DNA of 64,000 nucleotides from an uncultured SAR86 cluster bacterium (GTDB lineage Bacteria > Pseudomonadota > Gammaproteobacteria > Magnimaribacterales > AG-339-G14), in the NCBI GenBank assembly GCA_902529935.1, contig CABZYK010000001.1, positions 92,268 to 156,267 on the forward strand, given 5' to 3'. Below the pieces are notes generated by a model that was given only the letters and a program-made list of their open reading frames with translations, did no database searches and was not told where the DNA came from. Positions 42,355 to 53,053 of the stretch are shown here, in pieces (the stretch's first letter is position 1; the number at the start of each line of letters is the position of its first letter). The position numbers and the translations under genes were made by a program.

Positions 42355-43370
42355 AGTCTTTTACTGAATAAAAAAATAAGACTTACAAGCCCAAGAAGAA
42401 AAATTAAAGTAGTTATAAGTGGGCTGAAGCCAAAAACGATAGAGACGTTCCCCGCTATTTTTTCTGTAAAGTTGAAAAATATTGTTAAAACCACCCCTGT
42501 AAGCACCTTATAAGCGATGGAATAATCTCTTAAGAATGCTTGGCAAAAAATGAGGGCTAACAAGACAAAAACTGAGACAGATATTGGTTGTATAATTTTT
42601 TTTAAAAACTGCCACAGAAATAAGTTCTTCTCTCTGGTGCTATCTGAAAATTTAAAATTCTGAAAAAGCAAAGATGGGGGTTGTCTGTTTAACTTAATGT
42701 ATTTTGAAAGCTCAATTTTAGAAGGAGCTTTCCATATTTTTTGTATTTGATTATCGGAAGCTCTATCTTTAAAAGATGCTTCTTTTTGATCGAGTGAAAA
42801 ATCAAACTCGTCTTTTTCAAAAACTGAATCAATATCGCCTTCAGCGTTGAATTCATAAATTCTCAAATTATCAATTTTATCGCTAGATATGTCGCCTAGG
42901 TAAATGAGTTCATTCTTTCTCGTTAACCACTGGGCTTTTTGCGCTTGCTGAGGATTTGTTTTATAAACTTCAGACATCAAATTTGAACTTGGAATAACAA
43001 ATTCCCCTATCGTGAGCATTATTGATAAGAGGATAAATATTGGAAGAAGCATTGAAGAGAAGATTTGTTTGAAAGATTTTCCCAAAACCCTTATGGCAAT
43101 CAGTTCTCCAGACTCTTGAAGTCTTCCGTATGAAACTATTGCACCAATCAAACAGGCCAAAGGAACCACATCATAAATTCTTTTAGGCAGACTAAAAGCT
43201 AATGAAATTATAAAAGATTCAAAATTCTGATAATCGGATATATTTTGTAACTCACCCACCATCATTAGAATGAAATCAAGAGAAAAAAGGATCAGAAAAA
43301 CCAAACCTATGCTTTTGAGGATTGAAAGCTGTATCAGCACACCAGTTATATCAAATAGACTCTTAAACAT
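42351..43370 (-). CDS. lptG: LPS export ABC permease LptG
   Basis: 'PLACLIGAI..GRLQESGELIAIR'; second gene of the pair. Confidence 0.85.
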   Translation of the reverse strand: MFKSLFDITGVLIQLSILKSIGLVFLILFSLDFILMMVGELQNISDYQNFESFIISLAFSLPKRIYDVVPLACLIGAIVSYGRLQESGELIAIRVLGKSFKQIFSSMLLPIFILLSIMLTIGEFVIPSSNLMSEVYKTNPQQAQKAQWLTRKNELIYLGDISSDKIDNLRIYEFNAEGDIDSVFEKDEFDFSLDQKEASFKDRASDNQIQKIWKAPSKIELSKYIKLNRQPPSLLFQNFKFSDSTREKNLFLWQFLKKIIQPISVSVFVLLALIFCQAFLRDYSIAYKVLTGVVLTIFFNFTEKIAGNVSIVFGFSPLITTLIFLLGLVSLIFLFSKRL

Positions 43371-44537
43371 TTAGATTAAAAAGTAAAAAAACATATAAAT
43401 TACAAAAGTCAGAAGAGCTAGATTAAATATTAATTGAAAGTTATTTATCGAAGTTACTCCACTGCTGTAAATATTTATGGGTGACTCTTTATTAAGAAAA
43501 TAACTAAGGAAAATACCCGCCAAAAAAAATACGAAGTGAAAAGCAGCAAAAGAAATAGATGGATTGTACTCAGAAGATAGCGTCCAGTTTTGCAAACCTA
43601 AATAAATACCAAAATAAAGCAAAAAGAATAACGATCCGGTAATTAACGATACTGTGAAGCCAATTCTATGATTTGAAATTCCAAAATTGAGAGCAACGAA
43701 GGCACTCACAATAATTAATACAAAAATTGATAGCCTTTTAAAAAGTTCTGATTGTTCTCGATTATTCTCTAAATTTGAGATCAAGCTAGTCATTGAAAGA
43801 TGACTTAGATCGGTCGATGAGGTTTTAATTTTTCTGGGAAAAGTAAATTCTAGGTGCGAGAAGTTCATCAAAAAGTCTCCCTCCATCTCTAGGCCAACAA
43901 TTTTCCCATTCTTAAAAGTTAATCTGTTGGTAGATTTGTCAGTCGGTATAGAAGAAACTTGATCTGCCGTTAAAATGATCTCCATATCTTCATGTTCAAT
44001 TGATGCAAATATTTCACTAAATCCAAAATCAAAGTCATTAGATTCTTTGGCAAAAAAGGTAGTATTCACATCCTCAAAATAGGTAGGCTTGCCTGCCCCC
44101 ATCATTTTGAATCTATCAGAGAAAGTTTGATTACTTGTAAGCTTGTACAAAGAGTCAAGAGAATAAGGAGAGACTATCAGAGATATAAATAGTGCAAAAA
44201 AAGACATTAACAGTATTGGTATTGCAAGGATTTTAAGAAAGTTACCGCTCTTTAACCCCATCTGCCTCATGAAATTTATTTCATTGCTTGTGTTCATTCT
44301 TGCAATGCAAATTAAAGTTGAGAGGAAGATGCTCAAAGGGAGAATAATCTCAATGACACTTGGAATGTTAAAAAATATATAACCCAAGGCAATTTGTGGA
44401 TACATGTCTCCTCTGGCTGCAATCTCCAAGAAATCAATGCTTCTTAGAAAGAAAAAGGCTAAAAATAGTACTGAGAATATAACTAAAAAAGTCTGTAAGA
44501 AGCTTCTGATAATATACTTAGATATAATGCTGAACAT
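43371..44537 (-). CDS. lptF: LPS export ABC permease LptF
   Basis: 'IISKYI', 'ILPLSIFLS..RMNTSNEI..GL'; divergent from pepA. Confidence 0.87.
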   Translation of the reverse strand: MFSIISKYIIRSFLQTFLVIFSVLFLAFFFLRSIDFLEIAARGDMYPQIALGYIFFNIPSVIEIILPLSIFLSTLICIARMNTSNEINFMRQMGLKSGNFLKILAIPILLMSFFALFISLIVSPYSLDSLYKLTSNQTFSDRFKMMGAGKPTYFEDVNTTFFAKESNDFDFGFSEIFASIEHEDMEIILTADQVSSIPTDKSTNRLTFKNGKIVGLEMEGDFLMNFSHLEFTFPRKIKTSSTDLSHLSMTSLISNLENNREQSELFKRLSIFVLIIVSAFVALNFGISNHRIGFTVSLITGSLFFLLYFGIYLGLQNWTLSSEYNPSISFAAFHFVFFLAGIFLSYFLNKESPINIYSSGVTSINNFQLIFNLALLTFVIYMFFYFLI

Positions 44538-44595
44538 TTTAATTTGTCTATGGTGATATTATCCCACAGAAATTTGGCTTACTAAGGAGTAATAA

Positions 44596-46101
44596 ATGAC
44601 ATCAAATTTAAAAATAAACCTATCTATAACTTCTCCAAATGAGATGCTTTCTGATAAAAACGAAACTCTTATTATTGGTATTCAAGAAAACGGCAACTCT
44701 CAATCCAGTAAAAATATATTCAATAAGGCTTCTAAGGGCCTAATGAACACTTTGATAAAAAGAAAAGAATTCTCAGGAAAAGTTAATACTTCTTGTTATA
44801 TCCCCGCCCTAGCGGATCAAAAAGATAAAAAGTTTTTCTTATTAGGTTTAGGTAATGCGTCAGATAAATTCAAAGATGATGGTGCATCGAAGTTGATAAC
44901 TAAGATTTGCACCTTAGCAAAAACTGCAAATACAAAAAAAGTTTCTTTTTTTCTTCCAGAAATTAAATTTGAAAAAAGAGATTTTTCTTGGTTCTTGCAA
45001 AACCTTTCAATGCAATTGGAATCATCGACTTATAAATATATTTTTGATGGAAAAAAAGAACAAAAAAATAATATTCTTACGTCCGTAAATTTACTTGTTA
45101 ACTCCAAAAAGGATATTACCGATCTAAGAAAATCAATATCTATTGGGACTAACATAGGTGTTGGGATAAACAGAATGAAGGAGCTTGGCAATACTCCTGC
45201 AAATATTTGTACGCCCACTTACCTTGGAAATACAGCAAAAGAGCTTGGAAGAAAATATAAAAATCTATCTGTGAAAGTTCTAGGTGAAAAAGAAATGGAA
45301 AAGCTTGGAATGCATTGTCTTTTGTCTGTTGGAAATGGGAGTGTACAAGAATCTAAGTTCATTATTATCGAGTACAAAGGCGGTAAAAAAACAGAACAAC
45401 CGGAAGTTATTGTTGGAAAAGGTATAACTTTTGATACTGGCGGTATAAGTTTAAAACCAAGTCCAGCAATGGATGAAATGAAGTATGACATGAGTGGGGC
45501 TGCGAGCGTTCTAGGAACCATGGAGGCTATTGCTTTAATAAAACCAAAATCTAATATCATTGGAGTAGTCGCTTCTGCTGAAAATATGCCTGGCAGCAAG
45601 GCAACCAAACCTGGAGATGTTGTTAAAACAATGTCTGGGCAAACTGTGGAGATACTTAATACAGATGCAGAAGGACGATTAGTTCTTTGCGATGCACTCA
45701 CCTATGTAGAAAGATTTAAACCTAAAAATGTCATAGATATAGCGACATTAACTGGAGCAGTGATAGTAGCTTTAGGTCATGTTGCTTCAGGTTTGATGAG
45801 TAATAATCAGAAATTAGCCGACAAAATAATAGATGCGGGTCATGCTTCAATGGACAAAGCATGGCAATTGCCTCTATGGGATGAATATCAAGGTGATTTG
45901 GATAGTAATTTTGCTGATATAGCCAACATTGGTGGGCGAGCTGGAACAATTACTGCTGCGTGTTTCCTTTCAAGGTTTACTAAAAAGTATCCTTGGGCGC
46001 ATCTTGATGTAGCCGGGACAGCTCATGGTTCTGGAAAAGCCAAAGCCTCTAGAGGAAGACCTGTTCCACTCTTAACTAATTACCTATTGTCTCAATCGTA
46101 A
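44596..46101 (+). CDS. pepA: Leucyl aminopeptidase
   Basis: 'GKGITFDTGG', 'MKYDM', 'NTDAEGRL'. Confidence 0.97.
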   Translation: MTSNLKINLSITSPNEMLSDKNETLIIGIQENGNSQSSKNIFNKASKGLMNTLIKRKEFSGKVNTSCYIPALADQKDKKFFLLGLGNASDKFKDDGASKLITKICTLAKTANTKKVSFFLPEIKFEKRDFSWFLQNLSMQLESSTYKYIFDGKKEQKNNILTSVNLLVNSKKDITDLRKSISIGTNIGVGINRMKELGNTPANICTPTYLGNTAKELGRKYKNLSVKVLGEKEMEKLGMHCLLSVGNGSVQESKFIIIEYKGGKKTEQPEVIVGKGITFDTGGISLKPSPAMDEMKYDMSGAASVLGTMEAIALIKPKSNIIGVVASAENMPGSKATKPGDVVKTMSGQTVEILNTDAEGRLVLCDALTYVERFKPKNVIDIATLTGAVIVALGHVASGLMSNNQKLADKIIDAGHASMDKAWQLPLWDEYQGDLDSNFADIANIGGRAGTITAACFLSRFTKKYPWAHLDVAGTAHGSGKAKASRGRPVPLLTNYLLSQS

Positions 46102-46104
46102 TTA

Positions 46105-46542
46105 ATGGAATTTTACAAGGCTGGAACTTCCTTAGACGAGGGAGAAAAGTTTTGCTGCCAGTTTACAAAAGACCTCTATTGGCAAAATATTGAATCTGAC
46201 GAAAAAAATTATATTGTCATAAATTGTGAAGATCTAAATCAAGCAAAAAAATTAGATGACTTTCTGTGGGAAAATATTTCAGATATTTTTCTACCTCATA
46301 AAATCTGTAATGATTTAGATTCACCTGATGCTCCAATTTTGATTTCCTTCCCTGGAATAAAGCATCCTTGTAATAAAAATACTTATTTGATTAATTTGAA
46401 CCCAAAATTGCCTTCGAATTTTCAAGATTTTAAATCCTCTTATCAATTGGTTATTGAAGATGGCGGTGAATATCAAAAGATTGCGAGAGAGAGTTTTAAA
46501 GTTTGTTTAGAATACGGAATTAAACCAAACTATATTGGATAA
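46105..46542 (+). CDS. holC: DNA polymerase III chi subunit
   Basis: 'AKKLDDFLW..FLPH', 'LINL'; pepA-holC-valS synteny. Confidence 0.85.
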   Translation: MEFYKAGTSLDEGEKFCCQFTKDLYWQNIESDEKNYIVINCEDLNQAKKLDDFLWENISDIFLPHKICNDLDSPDAPILISFPGIKHPCNKNTYLINLNPKLPSNFQDFKSSYQLVIEDGGEYQKIARESFKVCLEYGIKPNYIG

Positions 46543-49280
46543 TGGATTCTAAATACCAACCCAAAAAAATTGAGAGATTGTGGTCTTCTAAATGGGAAGA
46601 ATCTAAATTATTTTCACCAAGCTTAAAGAAAAATAGCAAAGCTTTCTCCATCATGCTTCCGCCCCCAAATGTGACAGGGGTTCTACACATGGGGCATGGC
46701 TTTCAAACATCTATCATGGACTCGATTTGTAGATACAAACGAATGAATGGATACGATGTTTTATGGCAACCAGGCACAGATCATGCTGGCATATCAACAG
46801 AAATAGTCGTTGAAAGAAATCTTGAAAAGGAAAATAAAAGTAAAAATAAATTAGGGAGAGATAGATTTATCAAAGAAGTCTGGAAGTGGAAAAGCAAGTC
46901 AGGAAATACCATCACAAGTCAATTAAGAAGGTTAGGTGCATCTTTAGACTGGGAAAATGAAGCTTTCACAATGGATGAAGATTATGCGCACATTGTAAGA
47001 AAAGTATTCATTGAGCTTTATGAAAAAGGACTGATTTATAAGAAGAATAGATTGGTTAATTGGGATCCCAAAAATGAGACTGGCTTATCCGACTTAGAGG
47101 TAACCACGAGGGAGGAAAATGGGAATATTTGGCATATCAAATACGAAGTTGGAGATGGCTTTATTATTGTTGCTACAACTCGACCTGAAACAATGTTTGG
47201 TGATCAGGCAATAGCTGTTCATCCCAAAGACAAAAGATATAAAAAATTAATAGGTTTAAAAGCAAAAATACCTTTTACCGATAAATATATCCCCATCATT
47301 GCTGATCCGTACGTTGATAAAGATTTTGGTACTGGTTGTTTGAAGATCACTCCTGGTCATGATTTTAATGACTATGAACTAGGCATAAAACATGGACTAG
47401 AGCCTATAAATATTTTGAATCCTGATGGCACTTTGAATGCTGAGACTCCGGCCCCTTTCTCAGGCATGGATCGTTTTGATGCTAGGAAAGAAATTATTAA
47501 ATCTTTAAAAGATATCCAGATGTTAGAGAGAATTGAACCGCATAAATTATCTATTCCAAGAGCAGAAAGATCCGACACGATACTAGAGCCTTATCTAACA
47601 GATCAATGGTATTTAAATACAGACCTTATTGGTAAGGAAGCCTTGAGCTTGGTCAAAAAAAAGTCAATCAATTTTATTCCTGATAATTGGAAAAAGACCT
47701 ATTTCTCTTGGATGAACGAGCTTCAAGATTGGTGCATCAGTAGGCAATTGTGGTGGGGTCATCAAATCCCAATCTGGTATGACCAAGATGGAGGTGAATA
47801 TTGTGGAGAAAACGAGAAAGATATTAGAAAAAAATATAAATTAGATAAAAAAGTATCTTTGGTTCAAGATCAAGATGTTTTGGATACGTGGTTTTCTTCC
47901 TCTTTGTGGACTTTTGCTACCCTTGGTTGGCCCGAACAAACAAAAAGATTAGATAAGTATCACCCTACCTCATTATTAGTGACCGGTTTCGACATCATCT
48001 TTTTTTGGGTTGCCCGGATGATAATGATGACTAAGCATTTCACAAAGGCAATACCGTTTAAAGAAATCTACATTACTGGGCTTATCAGAGATAGTGAAGG
48101 CCAAAAAATGTCTAAGTCAAAAGGAAATGTTCTTGATCCTTTGGATATTATTGATGGAATAAATTTAGAAGCTCTTATTTCAAAAAGAATTTCTGGTCTG
48201 TTAAATCCAGACGACGAGCAGAAGATAATCAATCAGACAAAGAAAGATTATCCTCAAGGAATAAAAGCTCACGGTACTGATGCTTTGAGATTTACTTTTT
48301 TGTCTCTGGCTTCTGGAAGTAGAGATATTAATTTTGATATGAAGCGCGTAGAAGGTTATAGAAATTTTTGTAACAAACTATGGAATGCCTCTAGATTCAT
48401 TGAATTAAATAAGCCAGCTAGTTTCAAAAAGACTAATCAATTTATAAAAACTCCCGAAGATAAATGGATCGTGGAGAAATTAAATTACACGATAGTTTCT
48501 ATGAATACGCATATGGATAATTATAGATTTGATTTAGCCACTCAAAGTGTTTACGAATTCGTATGGAATGATTTTTGTGATTGGTACATCGAGTTTTCAA
48601 AAAATCGACTTGATTCAGATAACATTAAGAAAAGCGAAGTAGATAGAATCATATCTGGTTTGCTGAATATTCTTGAGTCAATCTTAAAACTTTGTCATCC
48701 TTTTATGCCTTTTATTACAGAAGAAATCTGGAATCAGATTGCTTCCGGAAAAAAACAATCATTCTTGTTAAATCAATCGTTTCCAAAAAAAGTAAGAATT
48801 TCAGGATCAAAATACAAAGAAATAGAAAATTTGAAAAACTCAATATCGTCAATAAGAAACATGAAAGCTGAAATGGGTATTGCATCTTTAAAGCTTGAAG
48901 AGGTGTTTATATCGGGCAATAAAACTTCACTGAATTTTATTCTCGAAAACTCAGATCATTTAAAAAAACTTGCTGGAATAAAAGATTTAAAAGTATTAGA
49001 GATAGATAAACCTTGCGCCATAGTTGTTTCACACGATCTCAAATTTCATATACCTTTTGAAGGAAACGTAGATCCAATATCAGAAAAATTAAGAAATGAG
49101 CAAAAATTACAGAAAGTAACCAAAAATTTGGCCAATATTGAAAATACTTTAAGCAACAAAAAGTTTATTTCAAGCGCTCCTAAAAGCCTTGTAAATGAGA
49201 GAAAACGTCAATATAAGCAGGCACTTAAAGAATCTAAGTCTATTCAATTACATTTAAAGAACTTAAATAAACTTAACTAA
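46542..49280 (+). CDS. valS: Valyl-tRNA synthetase
   Basis: 'PPPNVTG.LHMGH', 'WCISRQLWWGH', 'KMSKS'. Confidence 0.99.
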   Translation: MDSKYQPKKIERLWSSKWEESKLFSPSLKKNSKAFSIMLPPPNVTGVLHMGHGFQTSIMDSICRYKRMNGYDVLWQPGTDHAGISTEIVVERNLEKENKSKNKLGRDRFIKEVWKWKSKSGNTITSQLRRLGASLDWENEAFTMDEDYAHIVRKVFIELYEKGLIYKKNRLVNWDPKNETGLSDLEVTTREENGNIWHIKYEVGDGFIIVATTRPETMFGDQAIAVHPKDKRYKKLIGLKAKIPFTDKYIPIIADPYVDKDFGTGCLKITPGHDFNDYELGIKHGLEPINILNPDGTLNAETPAPFSGMDRFDARKEIIKSLKDIQMLERIEPHKLSIPRAERSDTILEPYLTDQWYLNTDLIGKEALSLVKKKSINFIPDNWKKTYFSWMNELQDWCISRQLWWGHQIPIWYDQDGGEYCGENEKDIRKKYKLDKKVSLVQDQDVLDTWFSSSLWTFATLGWPEQTKRLDKYHPTSLLVTGFDIIFFWVARMIMMTKHFTKAIPFKEIYITGLIRDSEGQKMSKSKGNVLDPLDIIDGINLEALISKRISGLLNPDDEQKIINQTKKDYPQGIKAHGTDALRFTFLSLASGSRDINFDMKRVEGYRNFCNKLWNASRFIELNKPASFKKTNQFIKTPEDKWIVEKLNYTIVSMNTHMDNYRFDLATQSVYEFVWNDFCDWYIEFSKNRLDSDNIKKSEVDRIISGLLNILESILKLCHPFMPFITEEIWNQIASGKKQSFLLNQSFPKKVRISGSKYKEIENLKNSISSIRNMKAEMGIASLKLEEVFISGNKTSLNFILENSDHLKKLAGIKDLKVLEIDKPCAIVVSHDLKFHIPFEGNVDPISEKLRNEQKLQKVTKNLANIENTLSNKKFISSAPKSLVNERKRQYKQALKESKSIQLHLKNLNKLN

Positions 49281-49297
49281 TCCTTTAATATAATTGG

Positions 49298-49675
49298 ATG
49301 TGGTTACGCGGACTAACAACTTCAGCAATCATTTCTCTCTTAGCTACTTTTCTAATTTTTAACTTCCCTCAATTTTTTTTCTCATTCGGACCTATGTTTT
49401 TGGTTCTGTTGATGTCAACTTTTATCTCCAGTATGGCGATAGTCTATGGAAGACAAATTACTAGGAGGTTGAAAAGAGAAAAAGGAGCAATCAAATGGTT
49501 TGATCCTAGCAAAGGTTACGGTTTTGTTGAGAGAGATAAAGGTGGTGATCTTTTTGTTCATTTTGCTTCGGTAAATGAAAGTGATAGAAAATTATTAAAA
49601 GAAAGTACTAGAGTAAGCTTTACCGTTACCAATGGTGCAAGAGGACCCCAGGCAGAACAAGTCAAAATTATCTAG
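49298..49675 (+). CDS. Cold-shock domain protein with two N-terminal TM helices
   Basis: RNP1 'KWFDPSKGYGFV', RNP2 'DLFVHF', 'GPQA'; hydrophobic first ~50 aa. Confidence 0.88.
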   Translation: MWLRGLTTSAIISLLATFLIFNFPQFFFSFGPMFLVLLMSTFISSMAIVYGRQITRRLKREKGAIKWFDPSKGYGFVERDKGGDLFVHFASVNESDRKLLKESTRVSFTVTNGARGPQAEQVKII

Positions 49676-50775
49676 AACAGCAACCTTCCTATAAACCATA
49701 AGGTAGAGAAGAAAAAAACAATCAAAGAGATAAAATCTTTTAAAAATAGTCTGCTTATAAGCCTTGTTTTTGCAATAAGGTTAAGGACTAAAAGAAGAAA
49801 AAAAGCATATAAAATTTGAGCTGCTTCTATTCCCAAGTTGAAGAGAATAATAGATGAGACTAGTGATTGAGAATCAAAATTAGATAAGTTTGAAGCAAAT
49901 CCAAAGCCATGCAAAAGTCCAAAAAATACGGTCGCAATAATTCTAATGAGTGAATTTCTTGTAATTAAATAAGGATAGGAAATTCCAATCAAAGCCATGC
50001 CTACGGATAGAACAGTTATTTCTGGAAAGAAGATAAGAGAAACGCAGACCAGTGATATCCAAAACATGGAATTTATCTTCATAATTCCATTTTTATTAAC
50101 TTGTCTAATTGTTAAGTACTCCAGAGCCAATAAAAATATTGAGTAGCCAATAAGGATTTCAATTATTGAAATTTTTACAGAAATAAAGCCTAAGGATGAG
50201 AACGTAATGCTGATAGCATGGCCTAAGGTAAAGCCAGAGAGTAGATAAATTAATTGTTTTATTCCAATTATCAGTAAGGCTAAAAGAGATACAAACGCAA
50301 TATGATCATAGCCCCCTAGAAAGTGGTTTAATCCTAAAGAAAAAAAACTAAAATTCTGATCGGCTTCTTTGAAATCAATTTTACTTTTAGAATTATTTAA
50401 AAATGTTTGATTTTGAAGGCTGGTCTCTTTTTTTATATTCACCAAAATAGTTTGATCTGGATAAAAAGAAAAGAAATTTCTAGCGTCAAGTGATCTAGGA
50501 AAATTTTTACAAGTAATTTTTTTCTTGAAAGTTAAGTATCTCGCTGTTGAATTAACTAGATCAAAATCTTTTTCGTTACAGGCATCAAAATTTAATCCAT
50601 TGTTGAGGTTTTCTTCCAAAGATGGTCTGTATAAGTTTCGAGGTACTATAATGTTCATCTCAATTTCCTTGGATTCATCTGTTTCAAGAAAGTCTAAGGA
50701 AAGGTTAAATTTTTGAAGCTCATGTGAGCTCAAGAAAGAGGCTGTCAATAAGAGATACAAAGACAGAAGTCTCAT
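49672..50775 (-). CDS. HupE/UreJ-family membrane protein with periplasmic N-domain
   Basis: 'LGLNHFLGGYDHIAF', 'FTLGHAI', 'FGLLHGFGFA', 'FNLGIE'. Confidence 0.87.
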   Translation of the reverse strand: MRLLSLYLLLTASFLSSHELQKFNLSLDFLETDESKEIEMNIIVPRNLYRPSLEENLNNGLNFDACNEKDFDLVNSTARYLTFKKKITCKNFPRSLDARNFFSFYPDQTILVNIKKETSLQNQTFLNNSKSKIDFKEADQNFSFFSLGLNHFLGGYDHIAFVSLLALLIIGIKQLIYLLSGFTLGHAISITFSSLGFISVKISIIEILIGYSIFLLALEYLTIRQVNKNGIMKINSMFWISLVCVSLIFFPEITVLSVGMALIGISYPYLITRNSLIRIIATVFFGLLHGFGFASNLSNFDSQSLVSSIILFNLGIEAAQILYAFFLLLVLNLIAKTRLISRLFLKDFISLIVFFFSTLWFIGRLLF

Positions 50776-51521
50776 TACTTATATAGGATAGGGTTTATTT
50801 CAACTGGATAACTTTTTTTAAGTTCATTTATGTATTCTCTAAAAAACCTCTCTCTTTCGCTCCTTATTGCCTCTTGATTTACTATGTCAAATATCGAGTT
50901 CAATGAAGCGGGTTCCCCTTCTATCTTATCTATAAGCAAAACACTAAACGATTGATCATCTTGGATAAATTTAATTTCACTGCCGATCTCAAGAATATCA
51001 ATATTTATAATTGCATCTGCTCCCAAATAATCTCTTAGCTTCTGCTTTGTAAGATAATCATTGGGTAAATTAATAAATTCACTATCAGATTCCATTAAAT
51101 ACAAATTATTTTGAGAAAATTTATCTAGATTATTGTTGTAATATTCTTCAACGTCTTCATACTCAATATCCAAGATGGTCTGATTAGAAATGATGTTTGT
51201 CATGTAATCGATGAGATTATTTTTCAATAGAGGATCGCTTTGGATAATATCTTCATCGATTGCCTTCTTAATCAATAATTGCTCAATGACGAGTTGATCA
51301 ATCACTGACTCTTTAAGTTCGGCGTCTATTTCCCCGTCATTATTGAAATCAAGTTGGCTGATCTGAGCTAGATAACTTTCCATGGAAACGGATTTGTCCC
51401 CAACTTTTATTGCCCAGTTTGAGGACGGAAGAGAAATATCTTCAAAAAAATCAAAAGTTAAGAAAACTATTCCCAGAATAAATGAAAGCAAGAATCCAAA
51501 ATTGAGGTAAGAAATATTCAA
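50775..51521 (-). CDS. SurA-N/PpiC-like chaperone, degenerate PPIase
   Basis: TM anchor, 'IDQLVIEQLLIKKA..DP', 'VEEYYNNNLDKF', ends 'LKKSYPVEI'. Confidence 0.7.
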   Translation of the reverse strand: MNISYLNFGFLLSFILGIVFLTFDFFEDISLPSSNWAIKVGDKSVSMESYLAQISQLDFNNDGEIDAELKESVIDQLVIEQLLIKKAIDEDIIQSDPLLKNNLIDYMTNIISNQTILDIEYEDVEEYYNNNLDKFSQNNLYLMESDSEFINLPNDYLTKQKLRDYLGADAIINIDILEIGSEIKFIQDDQSFSVLLIDKIEGEPASLNSIFDIVNQEAIRSERERFFREYINELKKSYPVEINPILYK

Positions 51522-51974
51522 TTATTTTTCTAGAACCATTTCTATATGAGGAATCCCATCCTCATCATAAATTTTTCCAACTGTTTTGAAGCCGTAACCT
51601 TGATAAAAATCTACCAAGGGATGTTGTGCTGAAATTCTAATGTCTGTCTCGGGATATAGAACGTGGCATGTATGGATAGATTTATCCATCAAAATTTTAC
51701 TTAACCCACTGCCACGAGATTTTTTGTGTAAAACCACTCTTCCTATAGAAGCGTCTTTATATTTTATTCCTGGCGGTATTAGACGACTGTAACCCTGAAG
51801 ATTTGATCCTATGTAAGCAAGCAAATGAAAAGAGTCCTGATCAACATTGTCCGCATCCAGATATGAAGTATTTTGCTCTATTAAAAATACTTCTTGGCGA
51901 AGATTCATTACGTCATAAAGTTGATGAACGCTTAAGTCTTCGAATGTTCCTTCTACCCAGATAATGTCACTCAT
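51522..51974 (-). CDS. elaA: ElaA-like GNAT acetyltransferase
   Basis: 'LRQEVF.IEQ', 'IGRVV..RGSGL', 'YDEDGIPHIEM'; ATGA overlap with the upstream gene. Confidence 0.88.
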   Translation of the reverse strand: MSDIIWVEGTFEDLSVHQLYDVMNLRQEVFLIEQNTSYLDADNVDQDSFHLLAYIGSNLQGYSRLIPPGIKYKDASIGRVVLHKKSRGSGLSKILMDKSIHTCHVLYPETDIRISAQHPLVDFYQGYGFKTVGKIYDEDGIPHIEMVLEK

Positions 51975-53008
51975 GGACAAGGGTTTGGACATCCGTAATG
52001 AATTTCTTCAATTTTCTTCAGACATTCTTCATCAAGCTTTGTATCGATACTGCCAACAGCAATCTTTAGCTGCTCCATAGTTGTGGCGCCAATAATATTT
52101 GAGGTCACAAAATCTTGATCATTAACAAATGAATTAGCCATCAAGGCAGGATCCATTGAATATTCATTAGCAAGATTTACATACTTCCTTATTATTTCCT
52201 CTGCCTGTTCCGTTTCGTATCTTTGGCCTCGTTCAAATAACGTAGTCCTAGCTCCAGCAGGCCTAGCACCGTCAAGGTATTTCCCGGTTAGATATCCCTG
52301 TGCAAGAGGTGAGTAAGCTAACAAACCAACTTGAGATCTGTGATGGAATTCGGACATCCCACTTTCATAGATTCTGTTTAACAAGTTATAGGCATTTTGA
52401 ACGCTAACAACTTTAGGTAAGTCATGCATTTCTGCAGCCTTAATAAATTCGGACAAGCCCCATGGAGTTTCGTTGGAAAGGCCAACGTACCTAATTTTTC
52501 CCTCTTTCACTAAATCACCCAAAACTTTTAATGTCTCGTCTATGGCTACTGATTCTAAATCGTAATGCTTATAAGAGAGGCCTCCACCAAATAAGTTTAT
52601 TGGTCTATCTGGCCAGTGAAGTTGATAAAGATCAACGTAGTCAGTTTTGAGTCTTTTAAGGCTTTCTTCAATAGCCTTTGTAATATTATCTCTATCAAGT
52701 CTTGTTTCACCGCCTCGAAACCATTTCATGCCGCTTCTTCCAGCAACTTTAGTTGCAAGAATAATTTTTTCTCTGTTACCTCTTTTTTCAAACCAATTGC
52801 CAATTATTGTCTCAGTGCTCCCCTGAGTATCTTCCATTGGTGGAATAGAATATAACTCAGCAGTATCAAAAAAGTTTACTCCTTGATCAACGGCGTAATC
52901 CATTTGCTCAAAACCTTCTTCTTCAGTATTTTGCTGTCCCCAAGTCATGGTTCCTAAGCAAATAACACTCACATCGATGTCTGTATTGCCTAATTTTCTA
53001 TATTCCAT
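51971..53008 (-). CDS. tas: Tas-like NADP(H) aldo/keto reductase
   Basis: 'CLGTMTWG.QN', 'DTAELY', 'LYQLHWP', 'GLSNETPWG', ends 'PNPCP'. Confidence 0.88.
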   Translation of the reverse strand: MEYRKLGNTDIDVSVICLGTMTWGQQNTEEEGFEQMDYAVDQGVNFFDTAELYSIPPMEDTQGSTETIIGNWFEKRGNREKIILATKVAGRSGMKWFRGGETRLDRDNITKAIEESLKRLKTDYVDLYQLHWPDRPINLFGGGLSYKHYDLESVAIDETLKVLGDLVKEGKIRYVGLSNETPWGLSEFIKAAEMHDLPKVVSVQNAYNLLNRIYESGMSEFHHRSQVGLLAYSPLAQGYLTGKYLDGARPAGARTTLFERGQRYETEQAEEIIRKYVNLANEYSMDPALMANSFVNDQDFVTSNIIGATTMEQLKIAVGSIDTKLDEECLKKIEEIHYGCPNPCP

Positions 53009-53053
53009 AATAATTACCCTCCAAAAACATTTGTTAGTATATAGGGGGAAAAA

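Noticed and set aside
45030-45949. Short ORFs antisense to pepA, and similar ones within mreB, gatA, infB, nusA, glmM and dnaE
   Set aside because: Fully inside core genes on the opposite strand, with no recognisable protein features.
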